This document shows, in pieces, positions 12,688 through 25,160 of a stretch of DNA of 64,000 nucleotides. The stretch comes from Azolla caroliniana (taxonomy: Eukaryota > Plantae > Polypodiophyta), in NCBI GenBank assembly GCA_043228905.1, contig JBHGNT010000018.1:13516001-13580000 (forward strand), read 5' to 3'. Each line of letters starts with the position of its first letter. The first letter of the stretch is position 1. The translations under genes were made by a program, and so were the position numbers. Below the pieces are notes generated by a model that did not search any database, was not told where the DNA came from, and saw only the letters and a list, made by a program, of their open reading frames with translations.

Positions 12688-13485
12688 TGTCGTGAATAAT
12701 TCCGACAATAGGAACAAATGGAGCTAGATTTGTGTGAATGTGTGTGTGCATGGATGCACACGAATAAATTGTTATGTACAAAAAAATGTAAATAGCATAC
12801 GACTAGTGAGTACTAGGGGGTAGGATTTAATGGGTACTTTAAAGACTCACACAGATAGAGAGGATACAAGGATTTGATGTGAAGAAATCGGGGGAAATCT
12901 CTGAAACTGATCAGGATGTAATGGTCTCTCCTTGTGCTATAAAAGGGGAGGCTTCAACCTATTTTAGGCATCGAGGATTGGGAGGACGAATTGTTGTCGG
13001 TTTGAGTGTCGAGTTGTCTCTCTCTCTCTGTTTTGTGTTCCATGCTGATCCGGGGAAGAAGGTGAAGCCTCTACTCGCGCAGGAAGCTTGTGAGCTCCCG
13101 ACCAAAGGTTCATCATTCTGGGTGTGTTTGCGTTGGCCGTAGCTCGACGCACCGCTTGCTAACCAAGTCCGGTCGTATTCTTTCATTCTTTGTTAATCAT
13201 TAGTGTTTCTGTGTCTCTTCTTGCATTTGTGTACTCCCACGTGGTTCCTACTTGTTGTGGTTTGCTGCACCCCGAGTTCATGTTCTTAATACCAATCTAT
13301 TCCTGTTGTGCGCGGTCCGAGTCTGTGAACCCGTGAGGTCATCACTGTTGTCCTGCATTCTGACCGGAATCCGGTGAAGCTATTTGGACATCATTACAAG
13401 CCGCCTTTTTCCCTTACTAGTTTCTTGGTATGAGACCCTAGGGGTCTTGCCTTATTTCAATGCATCCACGTGAAAAACTACGACA
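12688..13485 (+). mobile_element. 5' LTR with TGTCGT...ACGACA termini; degenerate Trp PBS at ~13490-13507
   Basis: Inverted termini and TATA ctataaaag at ~12937. TGGTTAACTTGACATGA resembles TGGTGAACCCGACGTGA. Confidence 0.82.
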
Positions 13486-13837
13486 TCTTTGGTTAACTTG
13501 ACATGAAAGGGGCGGCAAAAGAATCTGAAGATGAGAGGAAGCGAGCTCGCTAAAGCCATGGCGGTGGCTGTTAACCACCTAGTGAACGCTCGAGAGGTGC
13601 CCTTGATAGGGCCATCGAAACGATCGTCGACATGATAGGCCGATTTTGTGGTAATAACGCGACAAGCTATCTTGAGGCTTACCAGGCCGAGATGATAATG
13701 AGGGACATCCCGGAGTACAGACGACTATCTGGATTTCCTTGGGTGGTGACACCGATCATTCATACGAAGGTGCTCGAGGTTCATGTTGCCCGTTGGAACT
13801 AGGAGGAGTTCGAAGGACGACTCCTTGAGGGGTACAG

Positions 13838-15141
13838 TGTCGTGTGATTCTTCACACACTATGTAAAAAAAATAATGAAATAATTATTTTAGATTAGATT
13901 ACTTGCCTGATATGGAATGATAGGTGTCTTCAAGAGCTTCATAACGCATTTTACTACACATAAAACGGATAAATAAGTATCAAGTTATGTGAATATGAAG
14001 TTTGAGAACAGAGGGAAAATAGAATTGTGAAATATCCCACATAGATAGGAAACTTTAGGATCCATCTATATAAGCAGATTGAGAACTATTAGTTTTCATT
14101 TATGTGTTGAGAGCACGAAAGGAATGGTTGGACTTGGACATATTTATCTACATGGACAAATGTGGCTAAGGAGTCTGCAACCGGAAACCAGAAATTGGAA
14201 ACCGGACGGAGTCGACGACGAAGGATAGAACTGGCAACAAAGCCGGGAACCGGAAACCTGAAATTGGAGGTAGCTGGTGATGAAGTTGGGAACCAGAACT
14301 GGATGGTGACAAAACAGGCAACCGACGACCTATCAGACGGAGCCGGTAACTGACAACCGGATGGAGTCGGCAATCTGCAACCGACAATCGGGTGGAGCCA
14401 GCAATTGGCAACCGGACAGAATCGGCAACCGGACGACAACGGAACGGAAATCGGATGCTGACTAGACGGATCGGATGGACGACGGTTGAGATGGATGGAT
14501 GATAGGATCATGCGGCGAATTAAAGTAAAGTAAAGTAAAAGTAAAGGCCAAGCAACTAAAAATGGAGGCCATGCAACTAAAAGGGGACGCATGCAAAGGA
14601 TCATGGGAGGCAATGATCAACGGAGAACTCCATATGTATTCCATTTTTTTTCTCCACTTAAGGGGGGGCTCTCCATTATTTTTTTTCTTTTCCTTCTTAG
14701 CTCCCTTATCTTATCGGAGCCATAACACTCAAAAACCCTAATTTACCCTACAAAAGCCATAACACTCAAAAACCCTAATTTTTCCTACGGAAGCCATAAC
14801 ACTCAAAAGCCCTAATTTTCCCTACGGAAGCAATATCTCTCGTATAACCTAATTCTAATTTTTCCTACGGAAGCCATTACACTCAAAAACCCTAATTCCC
14901 TACGGAAGCCATATCTCTCAAAACCCCTAATTTTTCATTTCTATTAAACTCAGTAAACCTAAAACTTCTGAATCCCAATCTTGGGACATATTGTAATTTC
15001 TTTTCCTTTGTTAATGAAAATTAATAAATTTCTTATTTCCGTTAATTATTAAAAATATAAATGCACGAATGTGATATCCTTTGGTCGGAGGCCCCGAGGT
15101 CCTGCCTCAAGTTCATGTGTCCTCGTCGTATTTTCGCGATA
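13838..15141. mobile_element. Solo-LTR-like insertion (~1.3 kb) interrupting gypsy gag
   Basis: Starts TGTCGTG and ends CGCGATA (degenerate). The gag frame LLE.Y | GFDDS resumes on the far side. Confidence 0.65.
14715..14945. repeat. Minisatellite, about 6 copies of 37-45 bp cctacggaagccataacactcaaaaaccctaattt (contains telobox AAACCCTAA)
   Basis: Tandem copies seen directly. Confidence 0.85.
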
Positions 15142-17639
15142 GGTTTCGACGACTCTCCGGTGGTTGAAACGAGAGTTCATGGAGTGGGTTGAGAGCTCCG
15201 GAAAGGGGAGGAATACATCGATGCTCCTCCAAGAGTTCGAGACACGATTCGCTTGGCTCTCGGCGCTGGACTGGATTGTGCTCGATACGAGCCAGTCATG
15301 CTATTCATCAAGTTGGTAGACGCGCTTGATCGGGAAAAGGTGGGTTTGATGAAGGGTTCACGATAGATTGGGCCGTGGTAAAAAGGATTTGCAGCCGTTT
15401 CGACAAACTGCAAGAATGGAACGATGTGAGGTCGTCGATGACTGGCCCGAGTGCTAAGGGAAAGACGGAGGAATCGATTCCAGCACAGACAAAAGAGACA
15501 CAAAGGTGGCTCGAGTCGGGCACAGTTCCAACCGCAGTGGTCAAGGGTCCATCCGGGGGCGCAACTCTGGAGGAGCTGATGAAGATGGTGCACGATCTCC
15601 AGATCGCGCAAGCCAGTAGAGATGGCGGGGTACAATCGTGTGACCGGGGTCTCCGGTTGACCAACAATGCATGTGGTGCGATGCGGTCGGCCACGTGAGG
15701 AGAGAGTGCATTGATTTTGCAGAGGCACTTAGGAGCAATGTAGTGTATCTATGGAACGGACTGGTGCATGTGTTTGAAACCTGGAAACCCCTAGAGCTGA
15801 ACAACAAATTTTGCGGGATGAAGAGGCTGATGGAGGAAGCCGCAACTCGGAACGTCGAGGCCATTCACTGCTTGTTGTCGGTAGGGATCTGGGTAGGTTG
15901 AGAGAAGGGAATTGCCTCCGGAAGCAATACTGGGTTTTGGCCGCTTGTATTGGAAGGCCTCTCGGGAGTGAGGCTCATGAAGGAAGAGGCGGACCACACG
16001 GAGAGGCAGGTCCAAGGGGGCACCGATTGGAGTGATCCAGTAGAAGAGAAAACCGGCTTTGTGGAGGCCGCATGCCAGAACTACGAAGTGCTGGTTGAAG
16101 ACAAGTGGGCCGGGAACACTAGAGGGGCCAGACCATCGAGCTAGTACGAGACCCGTAGTGGGCGAAGGAATGAGGATGTCGGCTTGGCTAACCGATAGGA
16201 GAAAGGAAAAGCAAAGATCCATGGCTTCCGACTAAGCTCAGAGATAGAGAGGATGATGGCTCGGCCCACCGATCGGGGCGGACAGATGTCGGAGATTTGT
16301 CGCAGACCACATCTGAGACTGCGAGAAGATACTATAGAGGCTCGAGGGCGCCCAACTTACCTCCTCCGGGGAGAAGTTGGCTTTCGGACAATCGGAGATT
16401 TTGGTCGTCAGTTACTTGTGCGGGCCATACGACTGGAAACCGTCTCCAGCGAACATAGAGGCCAACTTTGCGATGAAGGAAAGATGGTCACGGAAGTCCG
16501 ACGGTTCCTAGGAGCATGCGCCTTCTATGACATTTGGATTCCGCACTACGTGCACATCGCTGAGCTGCTCTACGGGTTGTTGAAGAAGGGTCGAAAATTT
16601 GAATGGAGTGAAGAGCACACGGAGGCAGTCCGGAGACTGAAGAAGAAGCTGACGGTAGCACCAGCTCTCCGGAAAGAGGTATTCAAGGTGGATACTCTAG
16701 TTTACGTGACCGTACACACGAGTTTGACTGGAATCGGGTGGGTGGTTAATCAGGAAGACGAGAACGACTTGCAGTTCCGTTTATGGTTTGGGGCGAAAGT
16801 GTTGAGCGAGTGACAATGACGATGTGCCCAGGTTAAACATGAACTCTGGGGTATCGTTTCAGTTGTCAAGGCCAATAAAGACTACTTGATTGGGACAGAA
16901 GTGATAATCAAGATGGATTGCGTATCAATTCTCGGTATGGTTTCCGGATGCGCTACTCTGGACCTAGTGATGCTTAGGTGGATTGTGTACATCAAGTCCC
17001 TGAATTCGGAGATACGACACATCTCCGGAAAGGACAACACTATGGCCGATATGCTTTTAAGAGCACGGTTACAGAACGAGGACAGCATGGTGTCAGAAGA
17101 TGAATAAGTCGAAGTGGAGTTCTTTGAGTCGGCTCGAATGTCGACAAACAAACAGAACACTCCGACCTTGAATGAGTTCGACGAGAACAACTACGACGGG
17201 GAGTGGCTTCAGATTGGTATGTTCCTGAACACGTTGAGGCCGGAAGTGGCATGGATAAAGGACAAAGCGAGCCGGATCCAGAAGAAGGCTTACCTATTCT
17301 TCCTATGGGACGATAAGATATGGAAACACCCAAGGAGACAGACCGGCACACCAGTCCGAGTGGTGACGAAGGAAAAAGACCGGTCGGTGCTCCTATCGGA
17401 GTTTCACGAAAGCCCTTGGTCCGGACACCGGGGAACGTGGGCAAAATTTTGAGAACCTACAGGAGAAGTGCCGATGGCCGAGGATGTATAGCTACGCGCA
17501 CCACTTCGTGATGACATGTGAAAGCTATTAGATGCATTCCGGTATCCGGCACTGCGACGAGCTGCACTCGACCTACCCGCCAACCATTCACTTCAAGTGG
17601 ATGGTCTATTTAGTATCTGGTACCTGGTGCTTGCAAGGG

Positions 17640-17972
17640 AAGATCCGACAAACCAGGTGGAGGGCCGGGCCTTAGCGAACAAGAAGATGCAACCGTATGC
17701 CGGTTCTTGATCAAAGATGTGATTTGTCGGTTGTCGACATCTTCACTAAACCGCTCGGATCAGACAAGTTGCAACACTTCTCAGAGATGCTAGGTCTCCA
17801 GCATCGAAGATCCGACAAACCAGGTGGAGGGCCAGGCCTTAGCGAACAAGAAGATGCAACCGTATGCCGGTTCTTGATCAAAGATGTGATTTGTCGGTTG
17901 TCGACATCTTCACTAAACCGCTCGGATCAGACAAGTTGCAACACTTCTCAGAGATGCTAGGTCTCCAGCATC
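17640..17972. repeat. 167-bp direct tandem duplication spanning a gypsy-integrase/copia-RNaseH junction
   Basis: Near-identical blocks offset by 167 (17697 versus 17864). Confidence 0.92.
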
Positions 17973-19015
17973 TGGACGTGCCACACTGGAGGGGAAGAAT
18001 GGAGACAGGTAATGGCACTGAACAAGGAGCCGGAGAGAAAGAGAGAACCAAGACAGGGGGAGACAAGAAGGAAAAGGAAGCCCAGTGGATTGAAGAAGTC
18101 GGCATATCCGAACAAGTCGGAACAAGCAGCGACAACGGCAGAGTCAAGAAGAACAAAGCCGACCGGAAGAATTAAGACATGGACGTGGTCCGATGTTGTG
18201 AAGGGTCTAGGGATCAAGGATGAGTTGGAGACAACCAACTCGGAAAAGAGCGGGAATGAATAAGAGGTAGCCGATTCGATTCAATAGTTTGATTCGGAGG
18301 AGTTGGATCTACTAAATGCCAAGCGGACGAGGTGGCAGTGGAAGTCGACGCCGATACGGAGGAGACGATGGGTTGACCAGCGCCGGAGTCGTAACAATGA
18401 CGGAGCGGAGATGGGTCTGTTGAGTAGACAAGCTGACTGAGGAGGTCGAGGAGCATAGAACCGGATGGGACGTAGGAGGAGGAACTATACCGGACAAGGA
18501 GCGCGAGTGAGGCAGGAAGACGCCAGAAGGAGCCGGACGAAAGAACCGGCTGCCACAGACACTAACACCGCGATCCAACCTCAAGTTGAGCTTGAGGGGG
18601 AGGGTTCAGCAAGCAAGCCTGAGCCGGATTGTATCTGGATCGGTGTCTGGAACGGATGGACCGGATCGGTACCCGAGACCAAGAGCCGGACCCACGTGTG
18701 AACCGATAGGTCATTTAGAGATCTACGGTTCTAGACTACTACCTAGTCATGGTCCTCGTAGTTAGTGTCAGCCGCTCATGTGAGCATTGAAGTATACAGT
18801 ACTTATGTTAGTCCCTCGTGGACTTGTATAAAAAGTGCTCACTGAGCACATTCAATGTACAAAGTGTTATTAGTTTGAATTGAGTTTATGCTTTTTGCTC
18901 TCTTTGTCTCTCTTGTGTATTCTTTGTTCTTAAGCTTCCATTAAACCTTCATTCTCTGTTTTATGTTGTTATCCGGATAAACTGGTTTGTCAAATCTTCC
19001 ACATATTGACTTCCA
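17730..19015 (+). mobile_element. Copia 3' end: RNase H tail, C-terminal extension, PPT (~18588-18602), 3' LTR (~18603-19015)
   Basis: VDIFTKPLGSDKL and GAGCTTGAGGGGGAG. The LTR is homologous to 28797-29211. Confidence 0.85.
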
Positions 19016-19287
19016 TTTCTACTAGTGGACCGACAAGTGTGTTGTCGGCTTGGTCAAGTTTGACTGTTTCTCGAATCTCTGATTCGGCCTGGTGGGTCGG
19101 TCCTTCTACGACACCTTTGTTAGCTTTGAAGGATACCTTTTTATCAACTATTTTCTGTTGGTTCCTCTCAGAGAAAATAGATTAGGTTTTGGCTCTCTAG
19201 GTCCCATAGTCCATAGCCGAATTCCCAATCGGTTCCATAACCGAGAAATATGCATTTTGTGGCATTGGTTGCCAATTTGGTTCTTTT
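19016..19287 (-). pseudogene. Short fragment of a Tork-like copia integrase C-terminus
   Basis: KLATNATKCIFLGYGTDWEFGYGLWD. Confidence 0.7.
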
Positions 19288-22200
19288 TGTAAAAGAATAC
19301 GTGTGCGGAAGCGTGTGCAGAGTACAGAGTTCGGAAATAAGACAGTTTGGTAAACGCCGAAAACACAGAGATGGAGATGGAGATGGAGAGAGAGAGAGAG
19401 AGAGAGCAAACAACTCAGTTCTATTTCAAAATAATGACACTCTGTACATACATCGTGCTTAGTGACCACCTTTTATACAAGCCCTGACAATTGGGCTGAC
19501 ACAAGTACTGACAGTACTTGACTGCTGATAAATGAGCCTACTACACTAACTCCCAAAATTATTCCTTACGAGGAATACCATACTAACGGCCTCGTGGTTT
19601 ACGCACCGCTACGACTACGTTATGGGTACCGTTTCATGCACCCAGTCTACGCACTGGGTTACGCAATGTATTACGTACCCAACGTTGAGCTTGTCACTCA
19701 ACACTCCCCCTCAAGCTCAACTTGAGGTTCCGTCTGCTCTTCCGGATCTATGCTCGAGTTCCTTCAGGCTTCATGCCTCGCGCGCGCTCCTCGACCTGCT
19801 CGATTCCGCGCGCTTCGACCCTCCAAGTCAGTTTGTCTACTCATCCGACCCTTCTCAGCTCCCCATCTGTCGGAGTGTCGGCGCATCCTTCGCTGCCCTT
19901 TTCTCCACATGGCCTTCAGTTGATTCAACGTATCCGAATCAAACATTCCGATTGAATCGAACACTTTCGATTCCATTTCGCTCTCATCCGAATTGGCTGT
20001 CTCCAATTTGTCTTCAATCTTCAGGCCTTTGACAACTTCTGACCACGTCTTTGTCTTGGCCTTATCTCCCCTTGATTCTGATGTTTTCGACTCTTTCCTA
20101 TGATTACGGCCCTTGCTTCTTCCTTCGATTTCTTCAACCGGTTCGAAATCAAATTCTCCGTTTGATTCCTCATCACCGTGATGAACACCTCTGCTCCATT
20201 CACGCTCTTGTTATTGTTCTTCCTTTCTACACCTCAAGTTCGGTGTGTCGAGTTGACGCAACCCTAGCTCACCTGAGAAATGCCATAACTTGTCGAGACC
20301 AAGAGGCTTGCTGAAGATGTCGGCAACCTGCCGATCCGTCGAGAACATACGCTAGTTTGACTTCACCTGAAAGGACCCGCTCGCAGACAAAATGGTAATG
20401 CACCTCAATGTGCTTGGTCCGGGCGTAGAACACGGGGTTTTTCGCAAGGTGGATACTGATGAGGTTGTCACAATAGATTGTCATCGGATCAGACACCTCT
20501 ACATGCAGATCCCGTAATAACCGTTTCAGCCAAATGATTTCGCACGTAGCGACAGTTGCCCCTCAATATTCGGCCTCCATGTTCGACAGTGCCATTGCCG
20601 GCTGCTTTTTGCTGCTCAATGCGATCGTTGCACTTCCTAATGAGAAGGCATATCCAGATGTGGATCTACAATCACTGGCGTTTCTGGCCCAATCGGCATC
20701 CGTGTAGCCAACCAATTGTTCGGCTACGCCTGCCTGATACAGCAACGCCATGTCTTTTGTGCCGCAGACATATCGCAATATTCTTTGTGCGTACTGTAAG
20801 TGTTCAGCTGTAGGCTGCAACATAAATTGACTGATTAAGCCGACCGGGTAGCTGAGATCCAGCCGAGTAATAGTCAAATAGATGAGGCTTTCGACAATTT
20901 GTCCAAACCGTGTCGGGTCGCACGCCTTTCCCGAATCTCGGCGAAGCTTTACGTTTATTTTCAGAGGGGTCGAGATGGGCTTACAAGTTGCCATCCTGAA
21001 CTTGAAGAGCATATTCAGTGCGTAATGACGTTGGCTGATCAATATGCCTTCGGGGGTATGGATCACTTAGATCTCGAGGAAGTAATGAAGGTCTCCAAGA
21101 TCCTTCATGTCAAATGATGCCGCAAGCTGGAGCTTTACGCGGTCGATTTCACCTAGGTCGGTGCCAGTGATACTTAGTCTGTAAAGGGACTTCTTCAACC
21201 AGCAGACCGCCGAAATGTTCATTCCGGAGTGAAATCCAGGGGGTTGTACCATATACACATGTTCCTCAAGCTCGCCTTGCAGGAACGTATTCTTGACATC
21301 CATTTGATGTAAATGCCACCCCTTCGCCGCAGCTACCGCAAACAAAACACGGATGGTCGTCATCTTAGCGACCGGTGCAAATGTCTCATTGTAGTCGATG
21401 TCGTGTTGTTGTGCGTAGCCTTTCGCTACTAACCAAGCCTTGTATCGGTTGTCTGAGCCGTCGGTGTTGTACTTGACTTTGTACACCCACCTACATCCAA
21501 TCGACTTCACACCCTTCGGTGCGTCAACCAAGTCCCAGGTTTCATTCTGCATTAAAGCCGCATCTCTTCCTCCATTGTGGCACGCTAGTTCACGTCTTTT
21601 GCCGCTTCTGCGTAGCTCTCTGGTTCATGCACTTCTGCCACTCACGTCATGTATGCATAATGTGCACCATGTATTCATTGTACCCATATCTCTTCACGGG
21701 GTTCTTCCGGCGGGTAGATCGAGGTAATTCGTGATTACCCGATTTCACGACCTTTTCGACCGATTTTGACTTCTTCCGCGGAGGTTCCTTTACGATCGGC
21801 TCGATGTTAGATTCGCTCTGAATTGACTCGGCGCTGCTAAAATCGTACTCTGGCATTTTCTTATTGCCCTTCTCCTTGCGCGTAAACTGTCTCCTTGGTT
21901 CTTTACGTGGGGACATCACTACCGAGTCTCCACTACTCGCCGTCTCTTCAACAGGTTGGCCATTCCGGCCCAACCCCTCATTCAGCCCACTTAGCCGAAA
22001 TGAGATCGGACTCTCTTTCAGAGCTCCGATTTCTTCATCGTGTAGAGGCATCTCAACCTCGCTGACTTCTTACTCAGAATTCAAAATGGAGTTATGAGGA
22101 GTTGGGGTTGAAGGCAAGTACCACGAAGCGTATTCGTCGAACACGACATCTCGACTTACGTGTACTTTGTTCGGGGGTTATAACATTTATACCCCTTCTG

Positions 22201-24135
22201 CTCGTCTGGATAGCCGACTAAGATGCACTTTTCGGCTTTGGCATCCAACTTCTTCCTCTTTTCCTTCGGCACATGCACATATGCAATGCTATCAAAAATC
22301 CTCAAGTGTGCCAAGTTCCGCTTCTTCCCGAAATACAGTTCATGTGGTGACACTCCTCCATTAGCAAAAGTCCGATTCTGCAGGTAGACAGCCGTCTTCA
22401 CGGCTTCAGCCCAATAGAATTTCGGCATATGCTTCTCTTTAAGCATTGCCCTGGCCGCTTCTTGGATTGTCCGATTCTTCCGCGCGGCCATGCCGTTCTG
22501 CTACAGCATGTATCTACACGAGAATTCGCGTCGAATTCCCTCCTTCTGTAGATAACTTGTGAACTGGTCGGAGAAGTACTCCTTCCTGCTATTGGACCGT
22601 AGGCATTTGATCTTACGCCCTGTTTACCTTTCCGCAAGGCTCTTCACCTTCAGGAAACATGCGAAGACTTCGCTCTTCTTCGCAATTGTGCATACCCACG
22701 TCTGCCGAGTGAAGTCGTCGATGAAGGTTACAAAGTAACGGCTTCCACCGAGACTCATGTTCTGTGCCGGTCCCCACAATCTGAATGGATCAAATCCAGC
22801 AGACTTCGACTACGATTATGCTCATTGGGCAATGGAAGTCGGTGTTGTTTTCTCATCTGACAGACATCGCAGACTTGGCCATTATGGCCCTGGAATTTCG
22901 GCAAGCAGAAAACAATTTTCTTCGTCTACATCTCACGAAGCTATGGGAAATTTACATGGCCGAACTGCTTGTGCCACAGGTCGATATCCGATTCGACCTT
23001 TTGTCCTTTCGCGTACAACGCGGTTCCGGCTTGATTAATGTCGACGATGAACATCCTCCCTTCACGACACCCTTGCAGGATTACTTTGCCTTCCTATACT
23101 ATGAAGCAACCAAGATGCGTGAATTGAACCTGCATTCCCTGGTCGACGATCTGACTGAATGACACCAGGTTCTTCGTTATTGTCGGGATGTGCAATACGT
23201 TCATGAGTTTCCCTTTCTGCCCGACATGGCTGAGGGGAACTTCTCCGACATGTTTGATGGTATGCGGAGTGTCGTTTCTCGTTTCGACCACTCCTTGCGA
23301 TTCCGGTTTCTCCAAGTACGAGAACCATTCCTCGTGACTTGTCATATGATTTGAAGTTCTGAAATCAACATACCACACCTCGCTCGATTTCGAGGTGTTC
23401 ATGGCCATAGAATTGGCCTTATGCTTCATTACGAAGGCTGGGCCCGATTTGTTTTTTGGCTCGTTCAGAGCCTTCTGCGTAGTGCGATCTCTGACGCCTC
23501 TCTGCATCTCTTCGGCTCGATCCGGCTTTGTCTGAATTGGCTCGCTTCTTCCAACACTCGCTCTCGTTGTGGCCTCTCTTGCCACAACACCAGCATCTCG
23601 ACGCAGCCTTCTTTTGCCGGCTTTCGGCGCCGCCATGACTCCTCCTGCTTGTGGAGGGTCTGGAATTATTGTCGGCATATCGATTATGCTGCTTGTTTTG
23701 CTCTTGTCGGCTGCCTTCATTGCGCGCCGATCCGCCTCGTCCACCAAAACCACGGGGCCTATCTTCCTCCGTGTACAACTTCTTGCCGTCGGCGTGCGTA
23801 CTCGTCGATGCACCCGTGTGATTTTCCTTGATGAGCAACATTGACTGAAGCTCGAAGAACGAAGGCGTATTCTCCCTCGTACAGACCGCCGTTCAGAAGG
23901 CTCCGAACCTGGACGCTAGCCCATCAAGGAAAACTTGCACCATTTCATCTGCCTCAACAATCACGTTGACGGAGGCGAGAGAATCACAGATTTCCTTGAT
24001 TCGGGTCGTGTAATCAGCCACATACAGATCTTTTTGCCGGACATTGCTGAGCTCCTGCCTGAGCTGCAGCTTCTTGGCCATTGTGCTTGTGGCGAAAATC
24101 TTTTTCAGATTCACCCACGCGTCCTTTGGCATCTT
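19288..24135 (-). mobile_element. Decayed copia element (family D): partial gag, PR, IN, RT (YVDD deleted), RH, PPT 19704-19718, 3' LTR 19288-19703
   Basis: Motifs CWCCGKRGHNESEC, WYVDF..SNHM, KAEKCILVGY, GYTDADW and RTKHIEVHYHF. LTR TG...CA with an abutting PPT. Confidence 0.92.
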
Positions 24136-25160
24136 AGCCACAGCAACCGCTAGCACCACATGAATCGTCGTCATCTTCGCTACCGGAGCGAAGGTCTCAT
24201 CGTAGTCGATTCCGTGGGTCTGTGCGTATCCCTTTGCCACTAACTGGGCCTTGTACTAGTTTATTGAAACATCATCATTGTACTTCACCTTATATATCCA
24301 TTTACAACCGATCGGTTTACAGTGTCAGGGAGGGTCAACCAGGTACCATGTGTGGATGGCCTCAAGTGCCCGCATTTCTTCCTCCATAGCAGCACGCCAA
24401 TTTGCATCTTTTGTTGCTTCTGCGTAGCTCTCCTGCTCGCGCACTTCTGCCACCTTAGTCATGTAACCATAGTGATGCGCCATGTACTCATTGTACCCGT
24501 ACCTCATGACGGTTTTCTTCTGACGGGTTGACCGACGTAACTTTTCGTTACCTAGTTTGAGGCCCTTCCTTTGTGAAGATCCGCCTTCTTCCTTTCTGGG
24601 GTCAGATTCGTTCTGATCCGACCCTTCACTGCCGGTATCGTTTTCCGACATCTTCTTCTTTCCCCTTCTCATTGTGGCTCAGTCGTTCATTCGGCCCATT
24701 TAGCCGGAATGAGATCAAACTTTCATCTAGAGTATCGAATCCTTCATCTTCTTGTTGAACCTCTCTGGGTTCACGAGCCTCATCTTCTAGAATCGGGTTT
24801 TTGCCGGGAGTTATAACACTTTTACCCCTTTTGTTCATGCGAGTAGCCGATGAGTATGCACTTCTCCAATTTCAGATCCAGCTTCCTCCGCTTCTCATCC
24901 AGTACATGCAGATATGCTATGCTACTGAATATTCGAAGGTGTCTCAAATTCGGCTTCTACCCGAAATACAGCTCATGTGCTAACACCTCGTCCCTGATTC
25001 GGTTTTGGATGTAGACGACCGTTCGGACCGCCTCAGCCTAGTGAATTTGGGCATGCTCTTCTCCTCCAGCATTGCCCTTGCCGCATCGACAATTGACCGG
25101 TGCTTTCTTTCAGACACACTGTTTTGTTCCGGTGTATATCAATCGCTGAATTCTCTCCGC
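24136..25160 (-). pseudogene. Second family-D copia fragment (IN C-terminus to RT N-terminus), fused to neighbours by deletions
   Basis: RYGYNEYMAHHY, WRAAMEEEM and [21 protein letters not shown]. Confidence 0.85.

Larger units (their letters stand above)
12688..17730 (+). mobile_element. Decayed gypsy element (tRNA-Trp PBS family): 5' LTR, gag, deleted pol fragments
   Basis: LTR and PBS present. Zinc knuckle CMWCDAVGHVRREC, plus VRRFLGACAFYDIWIPHY, RHISGKDNTMADML and FHESPWSGHRGTWA. Confidence 0.85.
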
